Source of the DNA: Heterodontus francisci
Taxonomy: Eukaryota
Length of the DNA: 64,000 bases
Reading direction: 5' to 3'
NCBI RefSeq assembly: GCF_036365525.1
Contig: NC_090404.1
Location: 27,736,149 to 27,800,148 of the forward strand
Below the pieces are notes generated by a model. The model saw nothing but the letters and a program-made list of their open reading frames with translations, ran no database searches and was not told where the DNA came from. The translations under genes were made by a program, and so were the position numbers. Below are positions 13,001 through 26,200 of the stretch, piece by piece; position 1 is the first letter of the stretch, and each line of letters starts with the position of its first letter.

Positions 13001-14174
13001 CTCTCTGCCTCTCAACCTCTCTTTCTGCCTCTCTCTCTCGCACGCTCTTTGCCTCTCTTTCTCCCTTTGCTTCTCTCTATCTTTCTGTAACTCTGTCTCT
13101 GTCGTTCTCACTCTCTCTGCCTCACTCTCTCTCTCTCTGCTTGCCNNNNNNNNNNNNNNNNNNNNNNNNNNNNNNNNNNNNNNNNNNNNNNNNNNNNNNN
13201 NNNNNNNNNNNNNNNNNNNNNNNNNNNNNNNNNNNNNNNNNNNNNNNNNNNNNNNNNNNNNNNNNNNNNNNNNNNNNNNNNNNNNNNNNNNNNNNNNNNN
13301 NNCTCACTGCCTGGGTCTCTATCTCTCTCTCTGTCTCTCTCTATCTGCCACTTTGACTGCCTCTCTCTATCTGTCTCTCTCTCTCTGCCTGGCTCTCTCA
13401 CTCTCTTCCTGCCTCTCTCACTCTCTCTGCCTTCCCCTCTCTCTCTGCCTGCCACTCTCTCTCACAGCCGGTCCATCTCTCTATCTCTCTCTGCCTATCT
13501 CTCTCTCTCTCTCTGCTCCTGTCTCTCTCGCTCTCTCTCTCTGCCTCCCACTCTCTATCTCTCTCTGCCTGCCTCTTTCTGTCTCTCTTTCTNNNNNNNN
13601 NNNNNNNNNNNNNNNNNNNNNNNNNNNNNNNNNNNNNNNNNNNNNNNNNNNNNNNNNNNNNNNNNNNNNNNNNNNNNNNNNNNNNNNNNNNNNNNNNNNN
13701 NNNNNNNNNNNNNNNNNNNNNTCACTCTGTCTGCTTCTCTCCATCTGTCTCTGTCTTTTTCTCTCTGTCTCTCTCTCTCTGCTTGCCTATCTCTCTCTCT
13801 CTCTGCTACCTCTCTCTCTCTCTCTGCCTGCCTCTGGCTGTTTCTCTCTCTTGGCCTCTCTCTCTGTCCGTCTCTTTCTCTCTGCTTGTCTCCCTGACTG
13901 TCACTCTCTGCTTCTCTCTTTGTCTGCCTGTCTCTCTGCCTGCCTCTCCTTCTCTCTCTCTTCCTGCCTCTCTTTCTCTCCCTCTTCCTGCCTCTCTCTC
14001 TCTCTCTCTGCCTGCCTCTCTCTCTCTCTCTGCCCCTGCCTTCCTCTCTCTCTCAGCCGGTCTATCTCTCTCTGCCTATCTATCTCTTTCTCTGCCTCTC
14101 TAGCTCTCGCTCTCTCTCTCTGCCTCCCGCTCTCTATCTCTCTCTGTCTGCCTCTCTTCATCTCTCTGCCCACC

Positions 14175-14209
<35 letters not shown>

Positions 14210-16636
14210 ACCTCTATTTCTCTCTCTCTGCTTACCTCTCTCCCTCTATCTGTCTCTCTCTCTCTGCCTACCTCTCTCTCTGCCTGCTTCTCTCTCTCTC
14301 TCAGCCTGTGTCTGTCTCTCTCTCTCTCTGCCTCTGTTTATCTCTCTCTCTCGGCCTCCCTCTCTGTCTGCCACTGTCTCTGTTTGTCTCCCTGACTTTC
14401 ACTCTCTGCTTCTCTCTCTCTGTGTTTCTCTCTCTCTGCCTGCCTCTCTCTCCCTCTCAGCCTGTGTCTGTCTCTCTCTCCCTCTGCCTCTGTTTATCTC
14501 TGTCTCTCTCTCTCTCTCTGCCTCCCTCTCTGTCTGCCACTGTCTCTGTTTGTCTCCCTGACTTTCACTCTCTGCTTCTCTCTCTCTCTTTGTCTCTGTC
14601 TCTCTCTCTCTCTGCCTGCCTGCCTTCCTTTCTCTCCCTCTTCCTGCCTCTCTCTCTCTGCCTGTCTATCTCTCTCTCTCACTCTGCCCCTGTCTCTCTC
14701 GCTCGCTCTTTCTCTCTCTCTGCCCAAGTCTTTCTCTCTGCCTGTCTCTCTCTCTCTCTCTCTGCCCCTGAGCCTCTCTCTTTCTCTGCCTCCCGCTCTC
14801 TTTATCTCTCTGTCTGTCTTTCTATATCTCTCTGCCTGCCACTTTCTCTCCCTGCCTACCTCTCTCTCTCTGCCGACATCTCTCTCTCTCTGCCTGCCTC
14901 TCTTTCTCTCTCTCTCTGCATACCTCTCTCTCTCTCTTTGCCTGCCTCTCTCTCTCTCTGCCTGCCTCTCTGCCCCTGTCTCTCTGGCTCTCTCTCTCCC
15001 TGCCCCTCGCTCTCTGCCGCTGAGTCTCATTCTCTCTGTCTGCCAGAGTCTCACTCTGTCTCTCTCTCTGCCTCCCGCTCTCTTTATCTCTCTGCCTGTC
15101 TTTCTATATCTCTCTGCCTACCACTCTCTCTCCCTGCCTACCTCTCTCTCCCTGCCTACCTCTCTCTCTTTCTCTCTGACTGCCCTCTCACGCTCACTCT
15201 CTCTCTCTTACTCTCTGCCTGTCTCTCTCTCTCTCTCAGCACCTCTTCCAGTCTGTCATTATCTCTCTGTTTGTCTCCCTGACTGTCACTCTCTGCTTCT
15301 CTCTCTCTGCCTGTCTCTCTCTGCCCGATTCTCTCTCTCTCCCTCTCTCTGCCTCCCGCTCTCTTTATCTCTCTGCCTGTCTTTCTATATCTCTCTGCCT
15401 GCCACTTTCCCTCCCTGCCGACTTCTCTCTTTTTCTCTGCATGCCCTCTCACTCTCTCTCTCTCTCTCACTCCTTCCCTCTCTACCCGCCTCTCTCACTC
15501 TCTCTGTCTGCCTCTCTATCTCTCTGCTTGCCTCTCTCTCTCTCCCTGTCTCTGTCTGTCTCTCTTTCTCGGCCTCTCTGTCTGTCACTATCTCTCTGTT
15601 TGTCTCCCTGACTGTCACTCTCTGCTTCTCTCTCTCTCTCTGCCCCTGTCTCTCTAGCTTTCTCTGCCTGCGCCTCTCTCTCTCTTTCTCTGCCCCGTCT
15701 CTCTAGCTCTCTCTGCTCCTCTCTCTCTCTCTCTGCTCCTGCCTCTCTCTCTCTCTTTCTGCCTGCCTCTCTCTCTGCCCCTGTCTCTCTAGCGCTCTCT
15801 GCCTGCCTCTCTCTCTCTTTCTCTGCCCCTCTCTCTAGCTCTCTCTGCTCGTCTCTCTCTCTCTGTCTGTCTCTCTGTCTGTCACTCCCTGCCTACCTCT
15901 CTCTCTCTGCCCCTGTCTCTCTAGCTCTCTCTGCCTGCCTCTCTCTCTCTCTGCCCCTGCCTCTCTCTCTCTGCCTTGCTCTCTCTCTATCTCTCTGCCT
16001 GCCCTTCACTGTCTCTCTTTCTCTCTCTCTCTGCCGACATCTCTCTCTTTCTCTGCCTGCCTCTGTCACTCTCTCTGCCTGCCTCACTCTCTCTCTCTCT
16101 CTTCTTCTCTGTCTCTCTCTCTCGACCTCTCTCTCTGTCTGTCTCTGTCTCTCTGTTTGTCTCCCTGACTGTCACTCTCTACTTCTCTCCCTCTCAGCCT
16201 GCCTCTCTCTCCCTCTCTACCTGTGTCTTTCTCTCTGCCCGTCTCTTTCTCTCTGCCTGCCTCTCTCTCTGTCTGCCTCACTCTTTCTCTCTGTCTGCCT
16301 CTCTCTTTCTCTGCCCTCTCTCTCTGTCACTCTCTCTGTCTCTTGCTCTCTCTGCCTCTCAACCTCTCTTTCTGCCTCTCTCTCTCGCATGCTCTTTGCC
16401 TCTCTTTCTCCCTTTGCTTCTCTCTATCTTTCTGTAACTCTGTCTCTGTCGTTCTCACTCTCTCTGCCTCACTCTCTCTCTCTGCTTGCCTCTCTTACTC
16501 CCTCTGTCTGCCTCACTCTCTCTTTGTCTGCCTCACTCTCTCTTTCTCCCTCTCTCTGCCTGCCTGCCTCTCTCTCTCCCTGCCTGCCTCTCTCTCTCTC
16601 TCTGCCTGCCTCTCTCTCTCTCTCTCTCTCTGCCTG

Positions 16637-16671
<35 letters not shown>

Positions 16672-16910
16672 GCCCCCCTCCCTCTCTCTCACTGCCTGGG
16701 TCTCTATCTCTCTCTCTGTCTCTCTCTATCTGCCACTTTGACTGCCTCTCTCTATCTGGCTCTCTCTCTCTGCCTGGTTCTCTCACTCTCTTCCTGCCTC
16801 TCTCTCTCTCTCACTCTCTCTGCCTTCCTCTATCTGTCATTGCCTTCCCCTCTCTCTCTGACTGCCACTCTCTCTCTCAGCCGGTCCATCTCTCTATCTC
16901 TCTCTGCCTA

Positions 16911-16941
<31 letters not shown>

Positions 16942-19900
16942 GCTCCTGTCTCTCTCGCTCTGTCTCTCTGCCTCCCACTCTCTATCTCTCTCTGCCTGCC
17001 TCTTTCTGTCTCTCTTTCTCTGCCCCTGTCTCCCTCTCTCTGTCTCTCACTCTCTCTCTGCCTCTCTCTCTCTACCTCTCTCTCTCTCCCTCTCTCTGCC
17101 TCTTTCCCCCTCTCTGTCTGCCTCTGTCTCTTTCTCTCTGTCTGCCTCTCTCTCTCTCTTTCTCTGCCCCCTCTCTCTGTCACTCCCTCTGTCTCTTGCT
17201 CTCTCTGCCTCTCAACCTCTCTTTCTGCCTCTCTCTCTCGCACGCTCTTTGCCTCTCTTTCTCCCTTTGCTTCTCTCTATCTTTCTGTAACTCTGTCTCT
17301 GTCGTTCTCACTCTCTCTGCCTCACTCTCTCTCTCTCTGCTTGCCTCACTTACTCCCTCTACCTGCCTCTCTCTCTCTCTGTCTGCCTCACTCTCTCTNN
17401 NNNNNNNNNNNNNNNNNNNNNNNNNNNNNNNNNNNNNNNNNNNNNNNNNNNNNNNNNNNNNNNNNNNNNNNNNNNNNNNNNNNNNNNNNNNNNNNNNNNN
17501 NNNNNNNNNNNNNNNNNNNNNNNNNNNNNNNNNNNNNNNNNNNNNNNNNNNNNNNNNNCTCACTGCCTGGGTCTCTATCTCTCTCTCTGTCTCTCTCTAT
17601 CTGCCACTTTGACTGCCTCTCTCTATCTGTCTCTCTCTCTCTGCCTGGCTCTCTCACTCTCTTCCTGCCTCTCTCACTCTCTCTGCCTTCCCCTCTCTCT
17701 CTGCCTGCCACTCTCTCTCACAGCCGGTCCATCTCTCTATCTCTCTCTGCCTATCTCTCTCTCTCTCTCTCTCTCTCTGCTCCTGTCTCTCTCGCTCTCT
17801 CTCTCTGCCTCCCACTCTCTATCTCTCTCTGCCTGCCTCTTTCTGTCTCTCTTTCTNNNNNNNNNNNNNNNNNNNNNNNNNNNNNNNNNNNNNNNNNNNN
17901 NNNNNNNNNNNNNNNNNNNNNNNNNNNNNNNNNNNNNNNNNNNNNNNNNNNNNNNNNNNNNNNNNNNNNNNNNNNNNNNNNNNNNTCACTCTGTCTGCTT
18001 CTCTCCATCTGTCTCTGTCTTTTTCTCTCTGTCTCTCTCTCTCTGCTTGCCTATCTCTCTCTCTCTCTGCTACCTCTCTCTCTCTCTCTGCCTGCCTCTG
18101 GCTGTTTCTCTCTCTTGGCCTCTCTCTCTGTCCGTCTCTTTCTCTCTGCTTGTCTCCCTGACTGTCACTCTCTGCTTCTCTCTTTGTCTGCCTGTCTCTC
18201 TGCCTGCCTCTCCTTCTCTCTCTCTTCCTGCCTCTCTTTCTCTCCCTCTTCCTGCCTCTCTCTCTCTCTCTCTGCCTGCCTCTCTCTCTCTCTCTGCCCC
18301 TGCCTTCCTCTCTCTCTCAGCCGGTCTATCTCTCTCTGCCTATCTATCTCTTTCTCTGCCTCTCTAGCTCTCGCTCTCTCTCTCTGCCTCCCGCTCTCTA
18401 TCTCTCTCTGTCTGCCTCTCTTCATCTCTCTGCCCACCTCTGTCTGTCTCTCTCTCTCTCTCTCTACCTCTATTTCTCTCTCTCTGCTTACCTCTCTCCC
18501 TCTATCTGTCTCTCTCTCTCTGCCTACCTCTCTCTCTGCCTGCTTCTCTCTCTCTCTCAGCCTGTGTCTGTCTCTCTCTCTCTCTGCCTCTGTTTATCTC
18601 TCTCTCTCGGCCTCCCTCTCTGTCTGCCACTGTCTCTGTTTGTCTCCCTGACTTTCACTCTCTGCTTCTCTCTCTCTGTGTTTCTCTCTCTCTGCCTGCC
18701 TCTCTCTCCCTCTCAGCCTGTGTCTGTCTCTCTCTCCCTCTGCCTCTGTTTATCTCTGTCTCTCTCTCTCTCTCTGCCTCCCTCTCTGTCTGCCACTGTC
18801 TCTGTTTGTCTCCCTGACTTTCACTCTCTGCTTCTCTCTCTCTCTTTGTCTCTGTCTCTCTCTCTCTCTCTGCTTGCCTATCTCTCTCTCTCTGCTACCT
18901 CTCTCTCTCTCTCTGCCTGCCTCTGGCTGTTTCTCTCTCTTGGCCTCTCTCTCTGTCCGTCTCTTTCTCTCTGCTTGTCTCCCTGACTGTCACTCTCTGC
19001 TTCTCTCTTTGTCTGCCTGTCTCTCTGCCTGCCTCTCCTTCTCTCTCTCTTCCTGCCTCTCTTTCTCTCCCTCTTCCTGCCTCTCTCTCTCTCTCTGCCT
19101 GCCTCTCTCTCTCTCTCTGCCCCTGCCTTCCTCTCTCTCTCAGCCGGTCTATCTCTCTCTGCCTATCTATCTCTTTCTCTGCCTCTCTAGCTCTCGCTCT
19201 CTCTCTCTGCCTCCCGCTCTCTATCTCTCTCTGTCTGCCTCTCTTCATCTCTCTGCCCACCTCTGTCTCTCTCTCTCTCTCTACCTCTATTTGTCTCTCT
19301 CTGCTTACCTCTCTCCCTCTATCTGTCTCTCTCTCTCTGCCTACCTCTCTCTCTGCCTGCTTCTCTCTCTCTCTCAGCCTGTGTCTGTCTCTCTCTCTCT
19401 CTGCCTCTGTTTATCTCTCTCTCTCGGCTTCCCTCTCTGTCTGCCACTATCTCTGTTTGTCTCCCTGACTTTCACTCTCTGCTTCTCTCTCTCTCTTTGT
19501 CTCTGTCCCTCTCTCTCTCTCTCTCTCTCTGCCTGCCTGCCTTCCTTTCTCTCCCTCTTCCTGCCTCTCTCTCTCTGCCTATCTATCTCTCTCTCTCACT
19601 CTGCCCCTGTCTCTCTCGCTCGCTCTCTCTCTCTCTCTGCCTGTCTCTCTCTCTCTCTCTGCCCCTGAGCCTCTCTCTTTCTCTGCCTCCCGCTCTCTTT
19701 ATCTCTCTGTCTTTCTATATCTCTCTGCCTGCCACTTTCTCTCCCTGCCTACCTCTCTCTCTGCCGACATCTCTCTCTCTGCCTGCCTCTCTTTCTCTCT
19801 CTCTCTGCATACCTCTCTCTCTCTTTGCCTGCCTCTCTCTCTCTCTGCCTGCCTCTCTGCCCCTGTCTCTCTGGCTCTCTCTCTCCCTGCCCCTCGCTCT

Positions 19901-21217
19901 CTGCCGCTGAGTCTCATTCTCTCTGTCTGCCAGAGTCTCTCTCTGTCTCTCTCTCTCTGCCTCCCGCTCTCTTTATCTCTCTGCCTGTCTTTCTATATCT
20001 CTCTGCGTACCACTCTCTCTCCCTGCCTACCTCTCTCTCTTTCTCTCTGACTGCCCTCTCACGCTCACTCTCTCTCTCTCTCTCTGCCTGCCTCTCTCTC
20101 TCTCTGCCTGTCTCTCTCTCTCTCTCAGCACCTCTTCCAGTCTGTCATTATCTCTCTGTTTGTCTCCCTGACTGTCACTCTCTGCTTCTCTCTCTCTGCC
20201 TGTCTCTCTCTCTCTCTGCCCGATTCTCTCTCTCTCCCTCTCTCTGCCTCCCGCTCTCTTTATCTCTCTGCCTGTCTTTCTATATCTCTCTGCCTGCCAC
20301 TTTCCCTCCCTGCCGACTTCTCTCTTTTTCTCTGCATGCCCTCTCACTCTCTCTCTCTCTCTCTCACTCCTTCCCTCACTCTCTCTGTCTGCCTCTCTAT
20401 CTCTCTGCTTGCCTCTCTCTCTCTCCCTGTCTCTGCCTGTCTCTCTTTCTCGGCCTCTCTGTCTGTCACTATCTCTCTGTTTGTCTCCCTGACTGTCACT
20501 CTCTGCTTCTCTCTCTCCGACTGCCTCTCTCTCTCGCTCTCTCTCTGCCCCTGTCTCTCTAGCTTTCTCTGCCTGCGCCTCTCTCTCTCTTTCTCTGCCC
20601 CATCTCTCTAGCTCTCTCTGCTCGTCTCTCTCTCTCTCTGCTCAAGTCTTTCTCTCTCTCTCTCTCTCTGCCTCTCTTTCTATATCTCTCTGCCAGCCAC
20701 TTTCTGTCCCTGCCTATCTCTCTCTCTTTCTCTCTGCCTGCCCTCTCACTCTCTCTCACTCCCTCCCTCTCTACCCGCCTCTCTCTCTCTCTGTGCCTGC
20801 CTTTCTCACTCTCTCTCTATCTCTCTGCTTGCTTCTCCCTCACTCTCTGCCTGTCTCTATCTCTCTCTCTCTCTCGGCCTCTTGCTCAGTCTCTATCTGT
20901 CTGTTTCTCTGCCTGCCTTTCTCTCTCACTGCCTGCTTCTCTTTCTCTCTCTACCTCGATTTCTCTCCCTCTCTGCCTGCCTTTCTCTCTGCGTGCCTTA
21001 CTCACTTTTTCTGCCTGGATTTCTCCCTCTTTCTCTCTCTCTCGCTATCTATTTCTCTCTCTCTGCCTGCCCCTCTCTGTCTCTGCCTTCCTATCTCTCT
21101 CTCTCTCTCTGTCTGCCTCTCTCTGTCATTCTGTCTGCCTCTATCTGTCTCTGTCTCTCCCTCTCCCTTTCTTTCTCTCTCTCTGTCTGCCTGCCTCTCT
21201 CACTCTGACTCTGCCTG

Positions 21218-21261
<44 letters not shown>

Positions 21262-22917
21262 CCTGCCCCTCTCTCTCCTTCTGTCTGCCTCTCTCTCTCT
21301 CTTGCGGTCTGCCTCTCTCTCTTGCTGTCTGCCTCTGTCTCTCTCTCTCTCTGCCTGCCTCGGTCTCTCTCTCTGCCTGTCTCTCTCACTCTCTCTCTCT
21401 CCCTGCCCCTACCTTTCTCTCTCTGCCTTCCTCTCTCTCTATCTCTCTGCCTGCCTCTTTCTATCTCTCTCCCTCTCTCTGCCTGCCTCACACTCTCTCT
21501 CCCTCCCTCACACTCTCTCTCCCTCTCTGTCTCTATTTCTCTCTCACTCTGCCTCTGTCTCTCTCTCTCGACCACTCTATCTGTCTGTATCTATCTGTCT
21601 CTCTCTTTGTCTCCCTGACTGTCACTCCCTACTTCTCTCCCTCTCAGCCTGCCTCTCTCTCCCTCTCTACCTGTGTGTGTCTCTCTCTACCTGTGTGTGT
21701 CTCTCTCTGCCTGTGTCTTTCTCTCTGCCTCTGCCTCTGCCTCTGTCTCTCTCTCTGTTTCTCTCTCTGTTTCTCTCTCTGTTTCTCTCTCCCTCGGACT
21801 CTCTCTCGGACTCTCTCTCGGACTCTCTGTTTGTCTCCCTGANNNNNNNNNNNNNNNNNNNNNNNNNNNNNNNNNNNNNNNNNNNNNNNNNNNNNNNNNN
21901 NNNNNNNNNNNNNNNNNNNNNNNNNNNNNNNNNNNNNNNNNNNNNNNNNNNNNNNNNNNNNNNNNNNNNNNNNNNCCTGTCTCTCTAGCGCACTCTGCCT
22001 GCCTCTCTCTCTCTCTTTCTCTGCCACTCTCTCTAGCTCTCTCTGCTCGTCTCTCTTTCTCTGTCTGTCTCTCTGTCTGTCACTCCCTGCTTCTCTCTCT
22101 TTCTGCCCCTGTCTCTCTAGCTCTCTCTGCCTGCCTCTCTCTCTCTCTCTGCCCCTGCCTCTCTCTCTCTGCCTTGCTCTCTCTCTATCTCTCTGCCTGC
22201 CCTTCACTGTCTCTCTTTCTCTCTCTCCCGACATCTCTCTCTTTCTCTGCGTGCCTCTGTCACTCTCTCTGCCTGCCTCACTCTCTCTCTCTCTCTCTTC
22301 TTCTCTGCCTCTCTCTCTCTGCCTGNNNNNNNNNNNNNNNNNNNNNNNNNNNNNNNNNNNNNNNNNNNNNNNNNNNNNNNNNNNNNNNNNNNNNNNNNNN
22401 NNNNNNNNNNNNNNNNNNNNNNNNNNNNNNNNNNNNNNNNNNNNNNNNNNNNNNNNNNNNCTCTCTGCCTGCCTCTCACTCTCTCTGCCTGCCTCTCACT
22501 CCCTCTCTCTCTGCCTGCCTCCCTCTCTCTGTGCTTGCTTCTCCCTCACTCTCTGCCTGTCTCTATCTCTCTCTCTCTCGGCCTCTTGCTCAGTCTCTAT
22601 CTGTCTGTTTCTCTGCCTGCCTTTCTCTCTCACTGACTGCTTCTCTTTCTCTCTCTACCTCGATTTCTCTCCCTCTCTGCCTGCCTTTCTCTCTCTCTCT
22701 CTGCCTGCCTCTCTCTCTGCGTGCCTTACTCACTTTTTCTGCCTGGATTTCTCCCTCTTTCTCTCTCTCTCGCTATCTATTTCTCTCTCTCTGCCTGCCC
22801 CTCTCTGTCTCTGCCTTCCTATCTCTCTCTCTCTGTCTGCCTCTCTCTGTCATTCTGTCTGCCTCTATCTGTCTCTGTCTCTCCCTCTCCCTTTCTTTCT
22901 CTCTCTCTGTCTGCCTG

Positions 22918-22951
<34 letters not shown>

Positions 22952-23180
22952 CCTGCCCCTCTCTCTCCTTCTGTCTGCCTCTCTCTCTNNNNNNNNNNNN
23001 NNNNNNNNNNNNNNNNNNNNNNNNNNNNNNNNNNNNNNNNNNNNNNNNNNNNNNNNNNNNNNNNNNNNNNNNNNNNNNNNNNNNNNNNNNNNNNNNNNNN
23101 NNNNNNNNNNNNNNNNNNNNNNNNNNNNNNNNNNNNNNNNNNNNNNNNNNNNNNNNNNNNNNNNNNNNNNNNNCTCGGCC

Positions 23181-23217
<37 letters not shown>

Positions 23218-26200
23218 GCCTCGGTCTCTCTCTCTCTCTGCCTGTCTCTCTCACTCTCTCTCTCTCTCTCCCTGCCCCTACCTTTCTCTCTCTGCCTTCC
23301 TCTCTTTCTATCTCTCTGCCGACATCTCTCTCTCTCTCTGCCTGCCTCTTTCTATCTCTCTCCCTCTCTCTGCCTGCCTCACACTCTCTCTCCCTCCCTC
23401 ACACTCTCTCTCCCTCTCTGTCTCTATTTCTCTCTCACTCTGCCTCTGTCTCTCTCTCTCGACCTCTCTATCTGTCTGTATCTGTCTGTCTCTCTCTTTG
23501 TCTCCCTGACTGTCACTCCCTACTTCTCTCCCTCTCAGCCTGCCTCTCTCTCCCTCTCTACCTGTGTGTGTCTCTCTCTCTGCCTGTGTCTTTCTCTCTG
23601 CCTCTGTCTCTGTTTCTGTCTCTTTCTCTCTCTTTCTCTCGGCCTCTCTCTCTGTCTGTCACTATCTCTCTGTTTGTCTCCCTGACTGTCACTCTCTGCT
23701 TCTCTCTCTTTCTGCCTGCCTCTCTCTCTCTCTCTCTCTTTCTCTGCCTCTCTCTCTAGCTCTCTCTGCTCGTCTCTCTCTCTCTGTCTCTCTCTTGACC
23801 TCTCTATCTGTCTGTATCTGTCTGTCTCTCTGTTTGTCTCCCTGACTGTCACTCTCTACTTCTCTCTCTTTCTGCCTGCCTCTCTCTCTCTCTCTCTCTT
23901 TCTCTGCCTCTCTCTCTAGCTCTCTCTGCTCGTCTCTCTCTCTCTGTCTCTCTCTTGACCTCTCTATCTGTCTGTATCTGTCTGTCTCTCTGTTTGTCTC
24001 CCTGACTGTCACTCTCTACTTCTCTCCCTCTTTACCTGTGTCTCTCTCTCTCTGCCTGTCTCTCTCTCTCTGCCTCTGTCTCTGTTTCTCTCTCTTTCTC
24101 TCGGCCTCTCTCTCTGTCTGTCTCTCTGTCTGTCACTCCCTGCTTCTCTCTCTCTCTGCCCCTGTCCCTCTAGCTCTCTCTGCCTGCCTCTCTCTCTCTC
24201 TGCCCCTGCCTCTCTCTCTCTGCATTGCTCTCTCTCTATCTCTCTGCCTGCCCTTCACTGTCTCTCTTTCTCTCTCTCTCACTCTCTGCCGACATCTCTC
24301 TCTCTCTCTGCCTCTCTATCTCTCTCTTTCTCTGCCTGCCTCTGTCACTCTCTCTGCCTGCATCACTCTCTCTCTCTCTCTCCCTCTCTGTCTCTCTCTT
24401 TCTCTCTCTCGACCTCTCTCTCTGTCTGTCTCTCTCTCTGTCTCTCTGTTTGTCTCCCTGACTGTCACTCTCTACTTCTCTCCCTCTCAGCCTGCCTCTC
24501 TCTCCCTCTCTACCTGCGTCTCTCTCTCTCTGCCTGTCTTTCTCTCTGCCTCTGTCTCTGTCTCTCTCTCTCTTTCTCTCGGCGTCTCTCTCTGTCTGTC
24601 TCTCTGTCTGCCGCTCTGCCTGCCTCTCTTTCTCTCCCTCGTCCTGCCTCTCTCTCTCACACTGCCTGCCTCTCTCTCTCTGCCTCTCTATCTGCCCCTC
24701 TCTCTCTCGCTCTCTCTCTCTCTGCTGCTGAGTCTCATTATCTTTCTCTCTGCCTGTCTCTCTCTCTCTCCCTCTGCCTCCCGCTCTCTTTATCTCTCTG
24801 CCTGTCTTTCTATATCTCTCTGCCAGCCACTTTCTCTCCCTGCCTATCTCTCTCTCTCTGCCTGCCCTCTCACTCTCTCACTCCCTCCCTCTCTACCCGA
24901 CTCTCTCACTCTCTCTGCCTGCCTCTCTCACTCTTTCTATCTATCTATCTCTCTGCTTGTCGCTCTCTCTCTCTCTCTGTCTGTCTCTCTCTCTCTCTCT
25001 GCCTGCCTCCCCTTCTCTCTCTCTCTGCCCGAGCTTCTCACACTCTCTTTGCCTGTCTCTCTCTCTCTCTCTCTCTCTTCCTGCCCCCCTCTCTCTTTCT
25101 CTGCCCCTGAGTCTCCCTCTCTCTCTGCCTCCCACTCTCTCTCTCTCGGCCTCTCGCTCTATCTCTATCTGTCTGTCTCTCTGTTTGTCTCCCTGACTGT
25201 CACTCTCTGCTTCTCTCTCTGCCTCTCTTTCTCTCTCTGTGCCTGCCTCTCTCTCTGTGCCTGCCTCTCTCTCTCTCTCTCTGCCTGCCTCTCTCTCTCT
25301 CTCTCTCTCTCTGCCTGCCTCTCACTCTCTCACTCTCTGCCTGCCTCCCTCTCTCTCTGCCTGCCTCTCTCTCTCTCTCTGCTTGCTTCTCCCTCACTCT
25401 CTGCCTGTCTCTATCTCTCTCTCTCTCGGCCTCTTGCTCAGTCTTTATCTGTCTGTTTCTCTGCCTGCCTTTCTCTCTCACTGCCTGCTTCTCTTTCTCT
25501 CTCTACCTCGATTTCTCTCCCTCTCTGCCTGCCTTTCTCTCTCTCTCTCTGTCTGCCTCTCTCTGTCATTCTGTCTGCCTCTATCTGTCTCTGTCTCTCC
25601 CTCTCCCTTTCTTTCTCTCTCTCTGTCTGCCTGCCTCTCTCACTCTGACTCTGCCTGCCTCGCTCTCTCTCTCTCTCTCTCTCTCTCGGCCTGCCCCTCT
25701 CTCTCCTTCTGTCTGCCTCTCTCTCTCTCTTGCTGTCTGCCTCTCTCTCTTGCTGTCTGCCTCTCTCTCTCTCTCTCTCCCTCCTTCTGTCTGCCCCTCT
25801 CCCTCCTTCTGTCNNNNNNNNNNNNNNNNNNNNNNNNNNNNNNNNNNNNNNNNNNNNNNNNNNNNNNNNNNNNNNNNNNNNNNNNNNNNNNNNNNNNNNN
25901 NNNNNNNNNNNNNNNNNNNNNNNNNNNNNNNNNNNNNNNNNNNNNNNNNNNNNNNNNNNNNNNNNNNNNNNNNNNNCTCGGCCTGCCACTCTCTCTCTCT
26001 CTCTCTCTGCCTGCCTCGGTCTCTCTCTCTCTCTGCCTGTCTCTCTCACTCTCTCTCTCTCCCTGCCCCTACCTTTCTCTCTCTGCCTTCCTCTCTATCT
26101 CTCTGCCGACATCTCTCTCTCTCTCTGCCTGCCTCTTTCTATCTCTCTCCCTCTCTCTGCCTGCCTCACACTCTCTCTCCCTCCCTCACACTCTGTCTCC

